The notes beneath the pieces were generated by a model. It was given only the letters and a program-made list of their open reading frames with translations. It searched no databases and had not been told where the DNA came from. A stretch of DNA of 64,000 bases from a bacterium. Its GTDB lineage: Bacteria; Electryoneota; Electryoneia; Electryoneales; Electryoneaceae. Below are positions 50,451 to 64,000 of the stretch, one piece after another. The translations under genes and the position numbers were made by a program. How positions within the stretch are numbered: the stretch's first letter is position 1; each line of letters opens with the position of its first letter. The stretch spans positions 2,048,001 through 2,112,000 of the forward strand of contig OY769902.1 of NCBI GenBank assembly GCA_963669175.1, in the 5' to 3' direction.

Positions 50451-52682
50451 ATGATGTGTACTGAATTTCATGCTGCTATTGACCGATTCAGGCAGCAGGC
50501 ATTGGCATGGGTTACTCTCCTTATATCCATATCCACACTTCACGCCCATGGGCATTGGATTCCGGAGCATCCATCTCCTTCCGCAGGAAATTTCTATGGT
50601 TCCTGGGTATTCGAAAACGATGATGTTCTGCTGACCACAGGCGGAGGATTCTCCTGCCTGTATACCGCGGAATCGGATTCGTGGGAATATTCCTGGATTA
50701 CGGATAATGACGAAGTGGACCACCTCAAAGAGCTGCAAATGATCACTGGGCAGACTGGCTACGCGATCGGTTTCATCGATTGGTTTGAGAACATTCTCTA
50801 TCGGACTGACAATCGTGGCAGGAACTGGTCACATGTTACTACTTGTCCCCTGGAAAATGTCCGTGCATTCTATTTCCTGTCCTCGGATAGCGGTTTTGTC
50901 GGTGGTAACAACGCAGTCTATCGTACCCTTGATGGCGGCGAAAGCTGGACGCTCTGCCTTGCCGATTCCAACGTGACGGTTGATGATATTTTCTTCTTCA
51001 ATAACCAATCGGGATGGCTGACCAGTTCTGGCCGTGAAGGGGTGTACCATACAACGGATTTCGGTGCGACCTGGGAATTGCAGGATGTGACTGTCGAATG
51101 GCCTGAACATATACGCTTTTTTGCGGAAGAACGGGGAATACTTCAGAGCCGTTATGGTAGTCAGCAGACAACGAATGGTGGTGAGACCTGGATTCCATTT
51201 CTGCATAATAGTTTGAACCTCGAGTTGGTCGATTGGGTGCATACCGGCAATTTCAGCTTCGGCGCATCACCGGCAAACCACTATATACGTTCCTTCGACA
51301 ACGGAGAAACATGGGAGTATTCAAATAATCAGTATCCGGATTTTGAGTATCTTTATACCCAGACAGTTGGCGCAAATTCCAGCGGGAAAGTCGTGCTTGC
51401 CGGTGAACGCGGGTACTACGATGTCAGCCATGATTACGGGCATACCTTTTTTCCGGATAGCGGTTTAACCGATCAATCGCTCAGGATCATTGAAGTGCAG
51501 CCCACACATCGATACTGGGTTTCAGGCGCTTTGGGCGTAATTCTGACCAAGGATGGTGAAGAAGGAGCATGGCAGAGATATGAAGGGCTTTCCGACAGGG
51601 AAGGTGTCGGGATTCTTGATATAACTTTCAAGGATGAAAGCGATGGGTGGATTTGTATAAACGCTCCGTACCTGTTGAAAACTGAAGATGGTGGCGAAAC
51701 CTGGCAGGAGGTTGGGCTAGGTCTGGAAGAAAGTGATCATCCCTACGAACTACTAATCAAGAACAATCAGGATTACGTGGTGTTTTCTGCACAGGGCGTG
51801 ATCAAGGAATCCAGTGATGGAGGAGAATCCTGGTCTCTTATCAACGATAGTGGTCCTACCGCAGCAAACAAGAATCCTGTTGAATATGTTGATGATCAAA
51901 ATCTGTGGGTCGGTAGTGGGAGTTTGTATCATAGCAGTGATGGGGGAAGGCATTGGGAAGTCCGGTGGCAAGTGAATTGTCCAGAGGATGAAGGTTTACG
52001 TGTTTACGACATCTATTTCCGTGATTCCCAGACAGGATTTGCGATTATCAGCCATCTGATGGGCAATGGGAACGGAGATTTTGGAAGATCTAGAATTCTA
52101 TGGACTACGGATGGCGGTCAGACATGGAATGATGATCCCAATCGTGAATTCGGCAGTCCTTTGCATGAAATCGATTTTTTTGATGATACTCATGGAATTG
52201 CCGTAGGGGGGAATGGACATAGCTATTATACAGACAATGGCGGGGAATCCTGGAATTGGAAGTCAATGGGAACAGATATCTTCCTGTATTCGGTGAATTG
52301 TATTGATAGTGAGACGTGTTATGCAGTTGGTCAGCGAGGCGCTATCTACAAGCTTAATAATGTGATTACTGACATCGCTGAGGATGTTGTCAGCAGTTCA
52401 CTTCCAACCAGTCTGAACATAACAACCTACCCCAATCCCTTCAATCAATCCGTGATGATCACCTGTGACATTCCAGGCGCTTCCGACCTGGATATCCGTA
52501 TCTACAACCTCAATGGTCGGGAGGTGTGCAGGCTTACAACAGGCAAGGGAGCTCGGGGGATGAATCGGTTCTGCTGGGATGGTAAAGATTCCGCCGGCAA
52601 TCCTGTGAGTTCAGGTGTGTATTTTGTTGCGGTCAGGGATGGTACGCAGGTGAAGGCACAGAAAATTTTGCTGGTGAGGTAA
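50451..52682 (+). CDS. Secreted YCF48/BNR-like beta-propeller protein with T9SS-type CTD
   Basis: T.DGG.(S/T)W repeats, TYPNPFNQ...WDGKD..G.PVSSGVYF...KILLVR. Confidence 0.88.
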   Translation: MMCTEFHAAIDRFRQQALAWVTLLISISTLHAHGHWIPEHPSPSAGNFYGSWVFENDDVLLTTGGGFSCLYTAESDSWEYSWITDNDEVDHLKELQMITGQTGYAIGFIDWFENILYRTDNRGRNWSHVTTCPLENVRAFYFLSSDSGFVGGNNAVYRTLDGGESWTLCLADSNVTVDDIFFFNNQSGWLTSSGREGVYHTTDFGATWELQDVTVEWPEHIRFFAEERGILQSRYGSQQTTNGGETWIPFLHNSLNLELVDWVHTGNFSFGASPANHYIRSFDNGETWEYSNNQYPDFEYLYTQTVGANSSGKVVLAGERGYYDVSHDYGHTFFPDSGLTDQSLRIIEVQPTHRYWVSGALGVILTKDGEEGAWQRYEGLSDREGVGILDITFKDESDGWICINAPYLLKTEDGGETWQEVGLGLEESDHPYELLIKNNQDYVVFSAQGVIKESSDGGESWSLINDSGPTAANKNPVEYVDDQNLWVGSGSLYHSSDGGRHWEVRWQVNCPEDEGLRVYDIYFRDSQTGFAIISHLMGNGNGDFGRSRILWTTDGGQTWNDDPNREFGSPLHEIDFFDDTHGIAVGGNGHSYYTDNGGESWNWKSMGTDIFLYSVNCIDSETCYAVGQRGAIYKLNNVITDIAEDVVSSSLPTSLNITTYPNPFNQSVMITCDIPGASDLDIRIYNLNGREVCRLTTGKGARGMNRFCWDGKDSAGNPVSSGVYFVAVRDGTQVKAQKILLVR

Positions 52683-52693
52683 TTGATTGATAG

Positions 52694-53872
52694 TCAGTTA
52701 CTTTCTGTAATTGCGTCCCACAAGTCGGGCAGTTGGAAGGGATTCATAATGCGGGTATCATGAACAGTGAAGGTCTGATCCCCGGAATACAGGATCAGAC
52801 CGGGCTGAACCTGATTCAGATTCAGCTTTCTGAACAGATCGATACCTTTCAGGAATTCCGTGGTAAAGGTCGCTCCGGACTTTATTTCCACTGGGTAAAG
52901 CTGTCCTTTTTCGCGAATCAGAACATCTACCTCAGAACCATTTGAATCCCGATAGAAAAACAGGTCAGGTCTGATACCACGGTTAAATGCGCCTTTCGCT
53001 ATCTCTGTAATAATCAGGTTTTCGAAAAGCTGTCCTCGAAGCGGATCACGTTGTGCCTGTTGGATCGTATGAATACCAAGTAATGACGCCACAAGGCCGG
53101 TATCTGTGAAGTATAACTTGGGGGATTTAATAACACGTTTCCCCACATTCTCAAAAAACGTCGGCAGCTCATACAGAATAAAGGACGCTTTTAATACGCT
53201 GATCCATTTTTTTATCGTCGTGCTGGAAACACCAGTATCATTCGACAGCGAGGTAAAGTTTACTACCTGTCCAACCCGTCCTGCCAACAGCATCAAGAAT
53301 CGCTGGAAAGTCGATAAATCCTGCACCTGCAAAAGGGATCGGACATCTCGTTCCGCATAGGTCTGTATATAACTGTTGAAGAAACGTCGCGCATCGAGGT
53401 TTTCCTGATGCAGGCGGGGGAAACAACCATTGACAATTAATTCAAAGGGATCAAGGTTCTCACTATAATGACGTAACTCCGGAAAAGAAAAGGGCCATAA
53501 ATTCAGGATCGCAGTTCTGCCAGCAAGAGACTGGCTGATTGCCTGATGCAATTCCGGCTGATGACTGCCAGTTAAAATGAATCGGTATGTAGAGTCTTTT
53601 TCATCCACAATTCCCTGGATGTAGGATAATAACAATGGAAACCGTTGAATCTCATCCAGGATACCACCGTTTTCAAACTGTTTCAGAAAACCACGTGGGT
53701 CCGCTTCAGCCGCCAGACGAATATCCGGAGCTTCCAGGGATGCGTAGTTCATCTCCGGAAATGTCATCCGGGCCAAAGTGGTCTTGCCGGATTGACGCGG
53801 GCCCAGGATGGTAACGACTGGATATTCCCGGGATGCGTGTACTAAAGATGCTGTAATGTCACGTGTTATCAT
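52694..53872 (-). CDS. AAA+ ATPase (AAA_14 + DUF4143)
   Basis: GPRQSGKTT, LDEIQR, LTGS, SLAGR, KSPKLYFTDTGL, FEN, EVD, VEIKSG. Confidence 0.92.
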   Translation of the reverse strand: MITRDITASLVHASREYPVVTILGPRQSGKTTLARMTFPEMNYASLEAPDIRLAAEADPRGFLKQFENGGILDEIQRFPLLLSYIQGIVDEKDSTYRFILTGSHQPELHQAISQSLAGRTAILNLWPFSFPELRHYSENLDPFELIVNGCFPRLHQENLDARRFFNSYIQTYAERDVRSLLQVQDLSTFQRFLMLLAGRVGQVVNFTSLSNDTGVSSTTIKKWISVLKASFILYELPTFFENVGKRVIKSPKLYFTDTGLVASLLGIHTIQQAQRDPLRGQLFENLIITEIAKGAFNRGIRPDLFFYRDSNGSEVDVLIREKGQLYPVEIKSGATFTTEFLKGIDLFRKLNLNQVQPGLILYSGDQTFTVHDTRIMNPFQLPDLWDAITESN

Positions 53873-53890
53873 GTCATAATGGTAAGTAAA

Positions 53891-53930
53891 TTTATGTAAA
53901 TCCGCAAGTCGAGTTATCGATTTACATAAA
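53891..53930. promoter_or_regulatory. Perfect 12-bp inverted repeat upstream of the ATPase
   Basis: TTTATGTAAATC-N16-GATTTACATAAA. Confidence 0.5.
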
Positions 53931-54122
53931 ATTCTCGATTCCTTGATATGGGGATTGTACCTCTCGCAAGAAGAATTGAATAGTAAGAAATGGCTTCTCC
54001 GTTGTGGATACCCGTCGAATCGCGTACCTTTTCTTCATGGATTGTGCGTCGCAAACTATTCTACTTTGCGAACGTACAACAGAAAAAGGGCAGTCCAGGT
54101 ACATTTTCGCGGGGAGGGAAAA

Positions 54123-54560
54123 ATGACTTGGTGGATGTGGGCTGTACTTGGGTTGATCTTCCTGATCGGTGAAATCCTGACACCGGGTGGGATCTTCATC
54201 ATTTTCTTCGCTGCCGGCGCCCTGGTGATGGGTGTGCTTGATCTCGCCGGAATTCATCTCGCACTCTGGTTGGAAATCGTACTGTTTTCCGTGCTATCCA
54301 TTGGATCACTCCTGTTATTCCGTAAACCCATCCTGCGACGTATGGAGAAGGGCGGTCCGGATCACGTGGTCGATTCTGCCGTAGGGCAGGAAGTGGTGGC
54401 GCAGGGGGAGATCCCGGCGAAAGGGCAGGGCCTGGTCGAGCATCGTGGCACACCGTGGAAAGCGATCAACACCAGTGAGGAAGCGATCGCGGACGGTGAA
54501 ATCTGCCTTGTGTCCAAAGAAGCTGGGCTGAAACTGGAAATTGTCAAGAAAACCCAGTAG
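54123..54560 (+). CDS. NfeD-family membrane protein (YbbJ-like)
   Basis: MTWWMWAVLGLIFLIGEILTPG, C-terminal OB-fold G.V..RGTPWKA; upstream of an SPFH gene. Confidence 0.9.
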   Translation: MTWWMWAVLGLIFLIGEILTPGGIFIIFFAAGALVMGVLDLAGIHLALWLEIVLFSVLSIGSLLLFRKPILRRMEKGGPDHVVDSAVGQEVVAQGEIPAKGQGLVEHRGTPWKAINTSEEAIADGEICLVSKEAGLKLEIVKKTQ

Positions 54561-54605
54561 GTTCGGGTGTTTCGTAAATATTCTTCCTGCGAAAGGGGGG
54601 GAATT

Positions 54606-55523
54606 ATGACGGGTGCATTGATTGTAAGCATTATTCTGCTGATCCTGCTGATCATTCTGGTTTTCAAGACAGCAGTGGTGATTCCGCAGCAGAATGCCTA
54701 TGTGATCGAACGGTTGGGCAAATATCACGGCACCTTGAATGCCGGTTTCCATATCCTGTTTCCGTTCTTCGATGTAATTCGCTACAAGCATTCGTTGAAG
54801 GAGCAGGCGCTGGATATTATGCCGCAGATCTGCATCACTCGTGATAATGTGCAGGTCGAAGTAGACGGTGTTCTTTATATGAAGGTGATGGACCCGGAAC
54901 GGGCGTCCTATGGCGTGAACAACTACACCTTTGCCATTACCCAATTGGCGCAGACGACCCTGCGTAGCGAATTCGGCAAGATCGAGCTGGACAAGAGCTT
55001 CGAAGAACGTTCCCAGATCAACGCCGCTGTCGTGCTGGAGTTGGACAAGGCTTCGGACCCCTGGGGGGTGAAGGTGTTCCGCTACGAGATCAAGAACATC
55101 AAGCCGCCGGAAGATATTCTTGCCGCGATGGAAAAACAGATGCGTGCGGAACGTGAAAAGCGCGCCACCATTCTTGCGTCGGAAGGTACACGCGACGCTG
55201 CGATCAATAACGCAGAAGGTGAAAAGCAGAAGGTGATCAAGCAGTCTGAAGCGGACAAACAGCGCCAGATCAACATGGCGGAAGGTGAAGCCCAGGCGAT
55301 TATCGCTGTGGCTGAAGCGACTGCACAGGGAATCCGTACCATCGCCGATTCGATCCAGCAACCGGGTGGTGAAACCGCTGTACAGCTTCGTGTAGCGGAA
55401 AACTATATCGAGGAATTTGGCAAACTGGCCAAGGTGAATAATACAGTCATCCTGCCGGCGAATTTGGGTGATATCGCTTCGATGATCACCACAGCGATGA
55501 CATTTATTAAAAAGGATGATTGA
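54606..55523 (+). CDS. SPFH/band 7 stomatin-like protein (QmcA/paraslipin)
   Basis: VIERLGKY, CITRDNV, AQTTLRS, WGVKV.RYEIK, AMEKQMRAEREKRA. Confidence 0.95.
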   Translation: MTGALIVSIILLILLIILVFKTAVVIPQQNAYVIERLGKYHGTLNAGFHILFPFFDVIRYKHSLKEQALDIMPQICITRDNVQVEVDGVLYMKVMDPERASYGVNNYTFAITQLAQTTLRSEFGKIELDKSFEERSQINAAVVLELDKASDPWGVKVFRYEIKNIKPPEDILAAMEKQMRAEREKRATILASEGTRDAAINNAEGEKQKVIKQSEADKQRQINMAEGEAQAIIAVAEATAQGIRTIADSIQQPGGETAVQLRVAENYIEEFGKLAKVNNTVILPANLGDIASMITTAMTFIKKDD

Positions 55524-55653
55524 CTTGCATCGTCCGGTCACCAGCAAAACGACAAGAGATTTGACATCACTGGTACTTGACCTCTATCAATGAAGTGAGT
55601 AGCGGTAGTCGCTACATTTCGGGAAGGGAGAAGGAAAACAGGGGATATTTGAT

Positions 55654-56244
55654 ATGCGAGGAATGCAGGAACGTATACGCCACAATGCTTTCTGGTATGG
55701 ATTACTGGTTTTTCTGCTGGTAGGCGGACTGCTGTTTGTCATATCCTGTGATGAAGAATCCAGTGTATCCGGTATTGATAACAGTGATGATGGCAGCGGC
55801 GACGACGATGATGATGACGGTGGCGGCACTACCGGCGCCCTGTGGGATGGCACATCCGCAAGCGGTTGGGAAGGAACAACACCTTCCATTAGTGGAAATA
55901 CAGTGTCCTTAGACGGTTCCGGCGTCCTGTATTTCACGGAAGAAATAGATATGTCAGGAATTAGCAGGGCCTACTTCCATGGGGATCTTGCCTTTCAATC
56001 TGACAATGATGTCCGGGCATTCAATCTTTGTGTGCTAGTCTATGGGACTTCGTTCAGTGGGCAATCGTGGGTTTATTATGACGAGTATTATGATATGGAG
56101 CCGGCATCGGATGTCACACACCTGGTATACTCATCCGATTGGGAGCATGAAGGTGAACAGATCGAATCAATCAAACTCAGGTTTGCAGGGGGCAATGAGA
56201 ACGAGCCGATACTTCTGACCTCTCCAAGAGTGATTGTACAATAG
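55654..56244 (+). CDS. Hypothetical lipoprotein
   Basis: Hydrophobic signal with FVISC lipobox, followed by an Asp/Gly-rich linker. Confidence 0.65.
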   Translation: MRGMQERIRHNAFWYGLLVFLLVGGLLFVISCDEESSVSGIDNSDDGSGDDDDDDGGGTTGALWDGTSASGWEGTTPSISGNTVSLDGSGVLYFTEEIDMSGISRAYFHGDLAFQSDNDVRAFNLCVLVYGTSFSGQSWVYYDEYYDMEPASDVTHLVYSSDWEHEGEQIESIKLRFAGGNENEPILLTSPRVIVQ

Positions 56245-56286
56245 ATACTTCATATTCTGCTCAATAAGATCGGTTATCTTGCACGC

Positions 56287-57147
56287 ATGAACTGGACAAA
56301 CCTGCACACGCACACGTGGTATAGTGACGGCTCGTCACACCCGCAAGAATACGTTAAGACTGCGCTTGAAAACCGGATGCAGGGGCTTGGCTTCAGCGAA
56401 CATGCCCCGCTTCCGTTTCCCAATGAGTGGGCTATCGAGGATGGCAGGATTGACGAGTACATCGAAGCCATTGCATTCCAGAAACAGGCCCACAGCCACG
56501 AACTCCCGATTTTCACCGGCCTTGAAATTGACTATGTACCGGATGTGATCTCACCACGTGACAAGCAATGGGACAAGTATAACCTGGATTACCGCATCGG
56601 GTCGGTTCATTTTGTTGACTATTTCGAGAATGGCGAACCCTGGAATATCGATGGGCCGCTGGTACTATTCGAATACGGCCTGAACAGCATTTTCGGGAAG
56701 TCCATTGAACAGGCGGTCGGTCGATACTATGAGTTGGTACGCGATATGGTTCGCAATCACTGCCCGGATATCCTTGGTCATATGGATGTGATGAAAAAGA
56801 ATAACGCGGGGGGAAAGTTCTTCTACGAGGATGAAGCCTGGTACAAGCGTGAGATTGAAGCTACGCTTGACGTAATCGCCCGGTCCGATGTCATTGTGGA
56901 AGTGAACCTCGGCGGCCTGATTCGTAAACGCTTCAACGACTTTTACCCCAGCCAGTGGATACTGGAACGTATGGTCAAGATGGATATTCCCATCACCATC
57001 AGTTCCGACGCCCACAAACCTCACCAGGTCATCAGCAAATTCGGCATGGCTGCGCGCACGTTGCAGGAAATCGGTTATCATGAGATTACCGTCCTGACCC
57101 CGCACGGCTGGCAACAGCAGGAACTCGGGGTGGTGACGCTGTATTGA
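56287..57147 (+). CDS. Histidinol-phosphatase, PHP (HisJ/HisK) family
   Basis: NLHTHT, SEHAP, GLEID, IGSVH, GHMD, SSDAH. Confidence 0.88.
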   Translation: MNWTNLHTHTWYSDGSSHPQEYVKTALENRMQGLGFSEHAPLPFPNEWAIEDGRIDEYIEAIAFQKQAHSHELPIFTGLEIDYVPDVISPRDKQWDKYNLDYRIGSVHFVDYFENGEPWNIDGPLVLFEYGLNSIFGKSIEQAVGRYYELVRDMVRNHCPDILGHMDVMKKNNAGGKFFYEDEAWYKREIEATLDVIARSDVIVEVNLGGLIRKRFNDFYPSQWILERMVKMDIPITISSDAHKPHQVISKFGMAARTLQEIGYHEITVLTPHGWQQQELGVVTLY

Positions 57148-57377
57148 ATTTGCTGATTTACGTTTCGATATGGACAAATCACCCACTGGATCTGGTGTCA
57201 GGTCTACTGTCTCGAAACCTTGTGTTGGGAACCCTTAGATATTACCTGTATATATGAGAGGTATAGAGAAATGATGATGCTATCGTAAGCAGCGAGTCTC
57301 CAGCGTGTCTCCTCGAGTGGAAAAAGGATTTGTAAATCTGTAAAAGACCCTTATATTTATCGGCTGCAAGAACGGAG

Positions 57378-57466
57378 CACACCTGCCCCCGTCAAATGGT
57401 TCGGGGGCCGTGTTTTTGGAACGGTTGCTGAAAGTGACAGCAACTTTAACTACGTCCGGAGGTGAG
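57378..57466 (+). promoter_or_regulatory. Possible S6:S18 ribosomal-protein leader
   Basis: CACCT (5') can pair with the AGGTG Shine-Dalgarno, with an inner GCCCC...GGGGC stem, directly upstream of rpsF. Not tested against a covariance model. Confidence 0.35.
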
Positions 57467-57952
57467 ATGACGAGACGGTACGAAACCCTCGCCATGCTCG
57501 ACGCCACACAGAGCGACGAGAAGATCGATCAGATCATCGGCAAGATGGAAGAGATGATCAAGGGATCTGAAGGCGGGGAGATCCTCACGCTGGACCGCTG
57601 GGGTAAAAAGCGGTTGGCGTATGAGATCGAAAAGAAGCAGTTTGGTTATTACGTGCTCATTGAGTACATGGCCCCAGCGTCATTGCCAGGTGAACTGGAA
57701 CGCTATTGCCGCTATGAAGCCGGCGTGATGCGTCAACTGACCCTGGTCATTTCTGATCGTGTTCTGAAGTTGAAAGAGAAAGAACAGAAGATCAAGGCGG
57801 CCATGGAAGCGCGTCGTCGTGAAGCTGCAGAAAACCGTGACGAAGAGTTTGTCGAAGACATGCTCGAAGCGCGTGAGGGTGATGACGGCGAGGCTGAGGT
57901 TGAAGAAAAGGAATCTGTTAAGGCCGAAGCAAAGGCTGAGACAGAGGAATAG
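57467..57952 (+). CDS. rpsF: 30S ribosomal protein S6
   Basis: MTRRYET...[11 protein letters not shown]...GYY, with an acidic tail. Confidence 0.97.
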   Translation: MTRRYETLAMLDATQSDEKIDQIIGKMEEMIKGSEGGEILTLDRWGKKRLAYEIEKKQFGYYVLIEYMAPASLPGELERYCRYEAGVMRQLTLVISDRVLKLKEKEQKIKAAMEARRREAAENRDEEFVEDMLEAREGDDGEAEVEEKESVKAEAKAETEE

Positions 57953-57975
57953 TCCTGAGCACGAAGGAGAAACCC

Positions 57976-58200
57976 ATGTTGTCCATACGTCGCAAAGTAG
58001 ATCGTTTCCATGAGAACGGCATTCTTTGGATTGATTATAAGGACGTGAAACTGCTGAGCCGTTTCGTGACCGAAACCGGGAAGATCATTCCCCGCCGGAT
58101 CAGCGGCACGTGCGCGAAGAACCAGCGTATGCTGGTCCAAGCGATCAAGCGGGCGCGTTATATGGCGCTGCTGCCCTACGTGGCGGATAATCCGAGGTAG
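57976..58200 (+). CDS. rpsR: 30S ribosomal protein S18
   Basis: [24 protein letters not shown]...QR...AIKRAR..ALLPY. Confidence 0.98.
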   Translation: MLSIRRKVDRFHENGILWIDYKDVKLLSRFVTETGKIIPRRISGTCAKNQRMLVQAIKRARYMALLPYVADNPR

Positions 58201-58272
58201 TTGAAGCAAGCGCGGGGTCGTTGCCGGTTCACACATGTGAATTTACCGGTAACGCAGTACCGGAGGTGTAAG

Positions 58273-58926
58273 ATGAAAGTCATTTTGCGTGAAACATATG
58301 AAAACCTGGGCGAAGTTGGTGACCAGGTTGAAGTAGCCCCCGGGTATGCACGGAACTACCTGCTGCCACAGGGGATCGCCTACCCGGCGAGCCGGTTCTA
58401 TCTCAAGTTGTTTGAAGCCGAACGAGCTGACCTGTTGCAGCGGGACGCACTTGCGCGTGCGCGTGCCCAGGAAACAGCGGGCAAGGCTGCTGGTGTAGAA
58501 CTGGAATACATCGTGAAGATCAACGAACGTGGCCAGATGCATGGCGCCATCACCAATGTCGATGTGGCGAAAGATCTCGCTGACAAAGGCATTGAAGTGG
58601 ACCGTCGCAAAATCGGGTTGCGTGAACCGATCAAGAAGATTGGTACTTTTACCATTCCAGTGAAGCTTCATGGCGAAGTTGGTTTCTCGGTCCAGATCAA
58701 TGTGGTTCCGGAAGAAGTGCCGGAAGATGAATTGACGGATGAGGAGATCGCGGAACGTCAGGCTGAAGCGGAAGCATCGATCGAAGTGAGTGACACAGAC
58801 AGTGTCATGGTAGCTGAAGAAGTGGAAGCTCCGGGCGAACCGGTAGAAGTGGTTGAGATGGTGGAAGCGGTGTCCTCGTCGGCAGATGACGATGAGAATA
58901 CTGAAGAGTCTGAAGAAGAGAAGTAG
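58273..58926 (+). CDS. rplI: 50S ribosomal protein L9
   Basis: MKVIL...LG..GD.VEV.PGYARNYLLP, with a long acidic tail. Confidence 0.97.
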   Translation: MKVILRETYENLGEVGDQVEVAPGYARNYLLPQGIAYPASRFYLKLFEAERADLLQRDALARARAQETAGKAAGVELEYIVKINERGQMHGAITNVDVAKDLADKGIEVDRRKIGLREPIKKIGTFTIPVKLHGEVGFSVQINVVPEEVPEDELTDEEIAERQAEAEASIEVSDTDSVMVAEEVEAPGEPVEVVEMVEAVSSSADDDENTEESEEEK

Positions 58927-58984
58927 GACTCGACTGGTTCCGTGAAGCTGGCGTGGTTGTTGGCTTTGCGGAGAGGGCTCCAGG

Positions 58985-59421
58985 AAAAAGCTCTCAAGGT
59001 ATTGACTTCTTATTCTGATCTTTTTACCATTGGTGTCACAGCGGGCTGCCTGGTGCAGTATTAGGCAGCTGGCTTTTTTTAGGGCTCTTTTAACAAGTTT
59101 CAAATAGCCGACTCACACGGTTCTAAGAAAGTGCTCAAGTGCCTCTTGACAGACGGGGTGATTGAGTGTTACCCTCAGGGTCTACAGGGGCTGCCTGGTG
59201 CAGTAATAAGGCGGTCCATTTTTTAGGGCTGATTTGACAGGCTGAAGAGAACGGGAAACAGAGTCCTAAGAGAAAGTGCTCGAATGCCTCTTGACAAGAG
59301 GGGTTGCAGAGCGGTATCATCGGGGACGCGCAACGAAACGGTTAGATGTTTAAGCAGGTCGTTTCTGACCGGATTGAGTTGCGAGTTTTTTTTCTTCATT
59401 TTTGAGATTGATCTTTGACAA
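58985..59421 (+). promoter_or_regulatory. rrn promoter region: three tandem promoters and boxA-like motifs
   Basis: TTGACT/TTGACA at about 59002, 59146 and 59291, each with a TAcCaT/TATCAT-like -10. boxA-like GCTCTTTAACAA (59083) and GATCTTTGACAA (59410). Confidence 0.7.
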
Positions 59422-59501
59422 GCGTACATGTCGACGTGCGGGTGACTAACCATTACACTCCGTGGTGGTATAGTCATCAAACATAAGTGTGTCAATTCTA
59501 G

Positions 59502-61028
<1,527 letters not shown>

Positions 61029-61205
61029 TAAGGAGCAGGCATACCTGACTGCGATATGTAGGATGATTTGGAGCGACACTGCCGAATCACGAAACACATT
61101 GCACTGATATAGTCAGGAGTTCACTGCCGAAGGTCGAAATGCACTAAGACATGTACGCTTTTTAAGTCTATTAAAATCCCGGCCCTCGGGGCCGGGATTT
61201 TGGTT

Positions 61206-61279
<74 letters not shown>

Positions 61280-61353
61280 CCTCATGTGGGGCGGGCAGGG
61301 CAGTTCGAGTCCGCTTTCACGCTGGGAATGTAAGGCCGACCGCTTACCACACT

Positions 61354-61426
61354 GGGGCGTTAGCTCAGTTGGGAGAGCGCCGGCTTTGCAAGCCGGAGGT
61401 CGCCGGTTCGAGACCGGCACGCTCCA
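61354..61426 (+). tRNA. tRNA-Ala(TGC)
   Basis: GGGGCGTTAGCTCAGTTGGGAGAGCGCCGGCTT-TGC-AAGCCGGAGG...GCTCCA. Confidence 0.98.
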
Positions 61427-61578
61427 CGAAATTTGTTCTTTGACAAGCGAGTCGTCAAGGTCACGGACACGGGTATACCATTCGATTGGTATGCACCGAG
61501 TCAGTACGTAAAAGAAAGAGTACAAGAGTTCTAGAAGCACCATCTGTCCTTGTTTGTGATCGGTAAAAAGCAAGTTTT

Positions 61579-64000
<2,422 letters not shown>

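Noticed and set aside
54315-55547. Long antisense ORFs (also 15755-16753, 2500-3393, 58243-59103, 49-903)
   Set aside because: Shadow frames opposite better-supported genes.
61284-61352. tRNA-like remnant between tRNA-Ile and tRNA-Ala (contains GTTCGAGTC)
   Set aside because: Cannot be folded into a cloverleaf; more simply an ITS stem-loop.

Overview
Bacterial chromosomal window from a diderm, probably FCB-superphylum lineage (inferred from lpxB/lpxK plus seven proteins carrying a T9SS/Por-type 'YPNPFN...K' C-terminal sorting domain, CTD). Core genes include rnhC, recJ, rnpB, a tRNA with CAT anticodon, lpxK, lpxB, rpsF-rpsR-rplI and an rRNA operon (16S, tRNA-Ile, tRNA-Ala, 23S truncated by the window end). 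There is also a sigma54-controlled HlyD/MacB-type ABC exporter cluster with its two-component system, an XRE-IrrE/MazF module and several apparently degenerate enzymes (HypE-like without the PRIC cysteine, a methyltransferase-like protein without the Gly-rich motif). The most striking signal is architectural. Secreted beta-propeller cargo genes sit between blocks of REP-like palindromes. Two neighbouring but unrelated cargo genes share a nucleotide-identical 240-bp CTD that starts exactly at the YPNPFN Tyr codon, plus a shared 3' tail, and a 208-bp palindromic tandem array lies between them. This suggests a repeat-mediated system that swaps N-terminal cargo onto a constant secretion signal. 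No transposase, integrase, reverse transcriptase or CRISPR array was found, and an assembly artefact must be excluded. All calls come from reading motifs by eye; no database searches were run.
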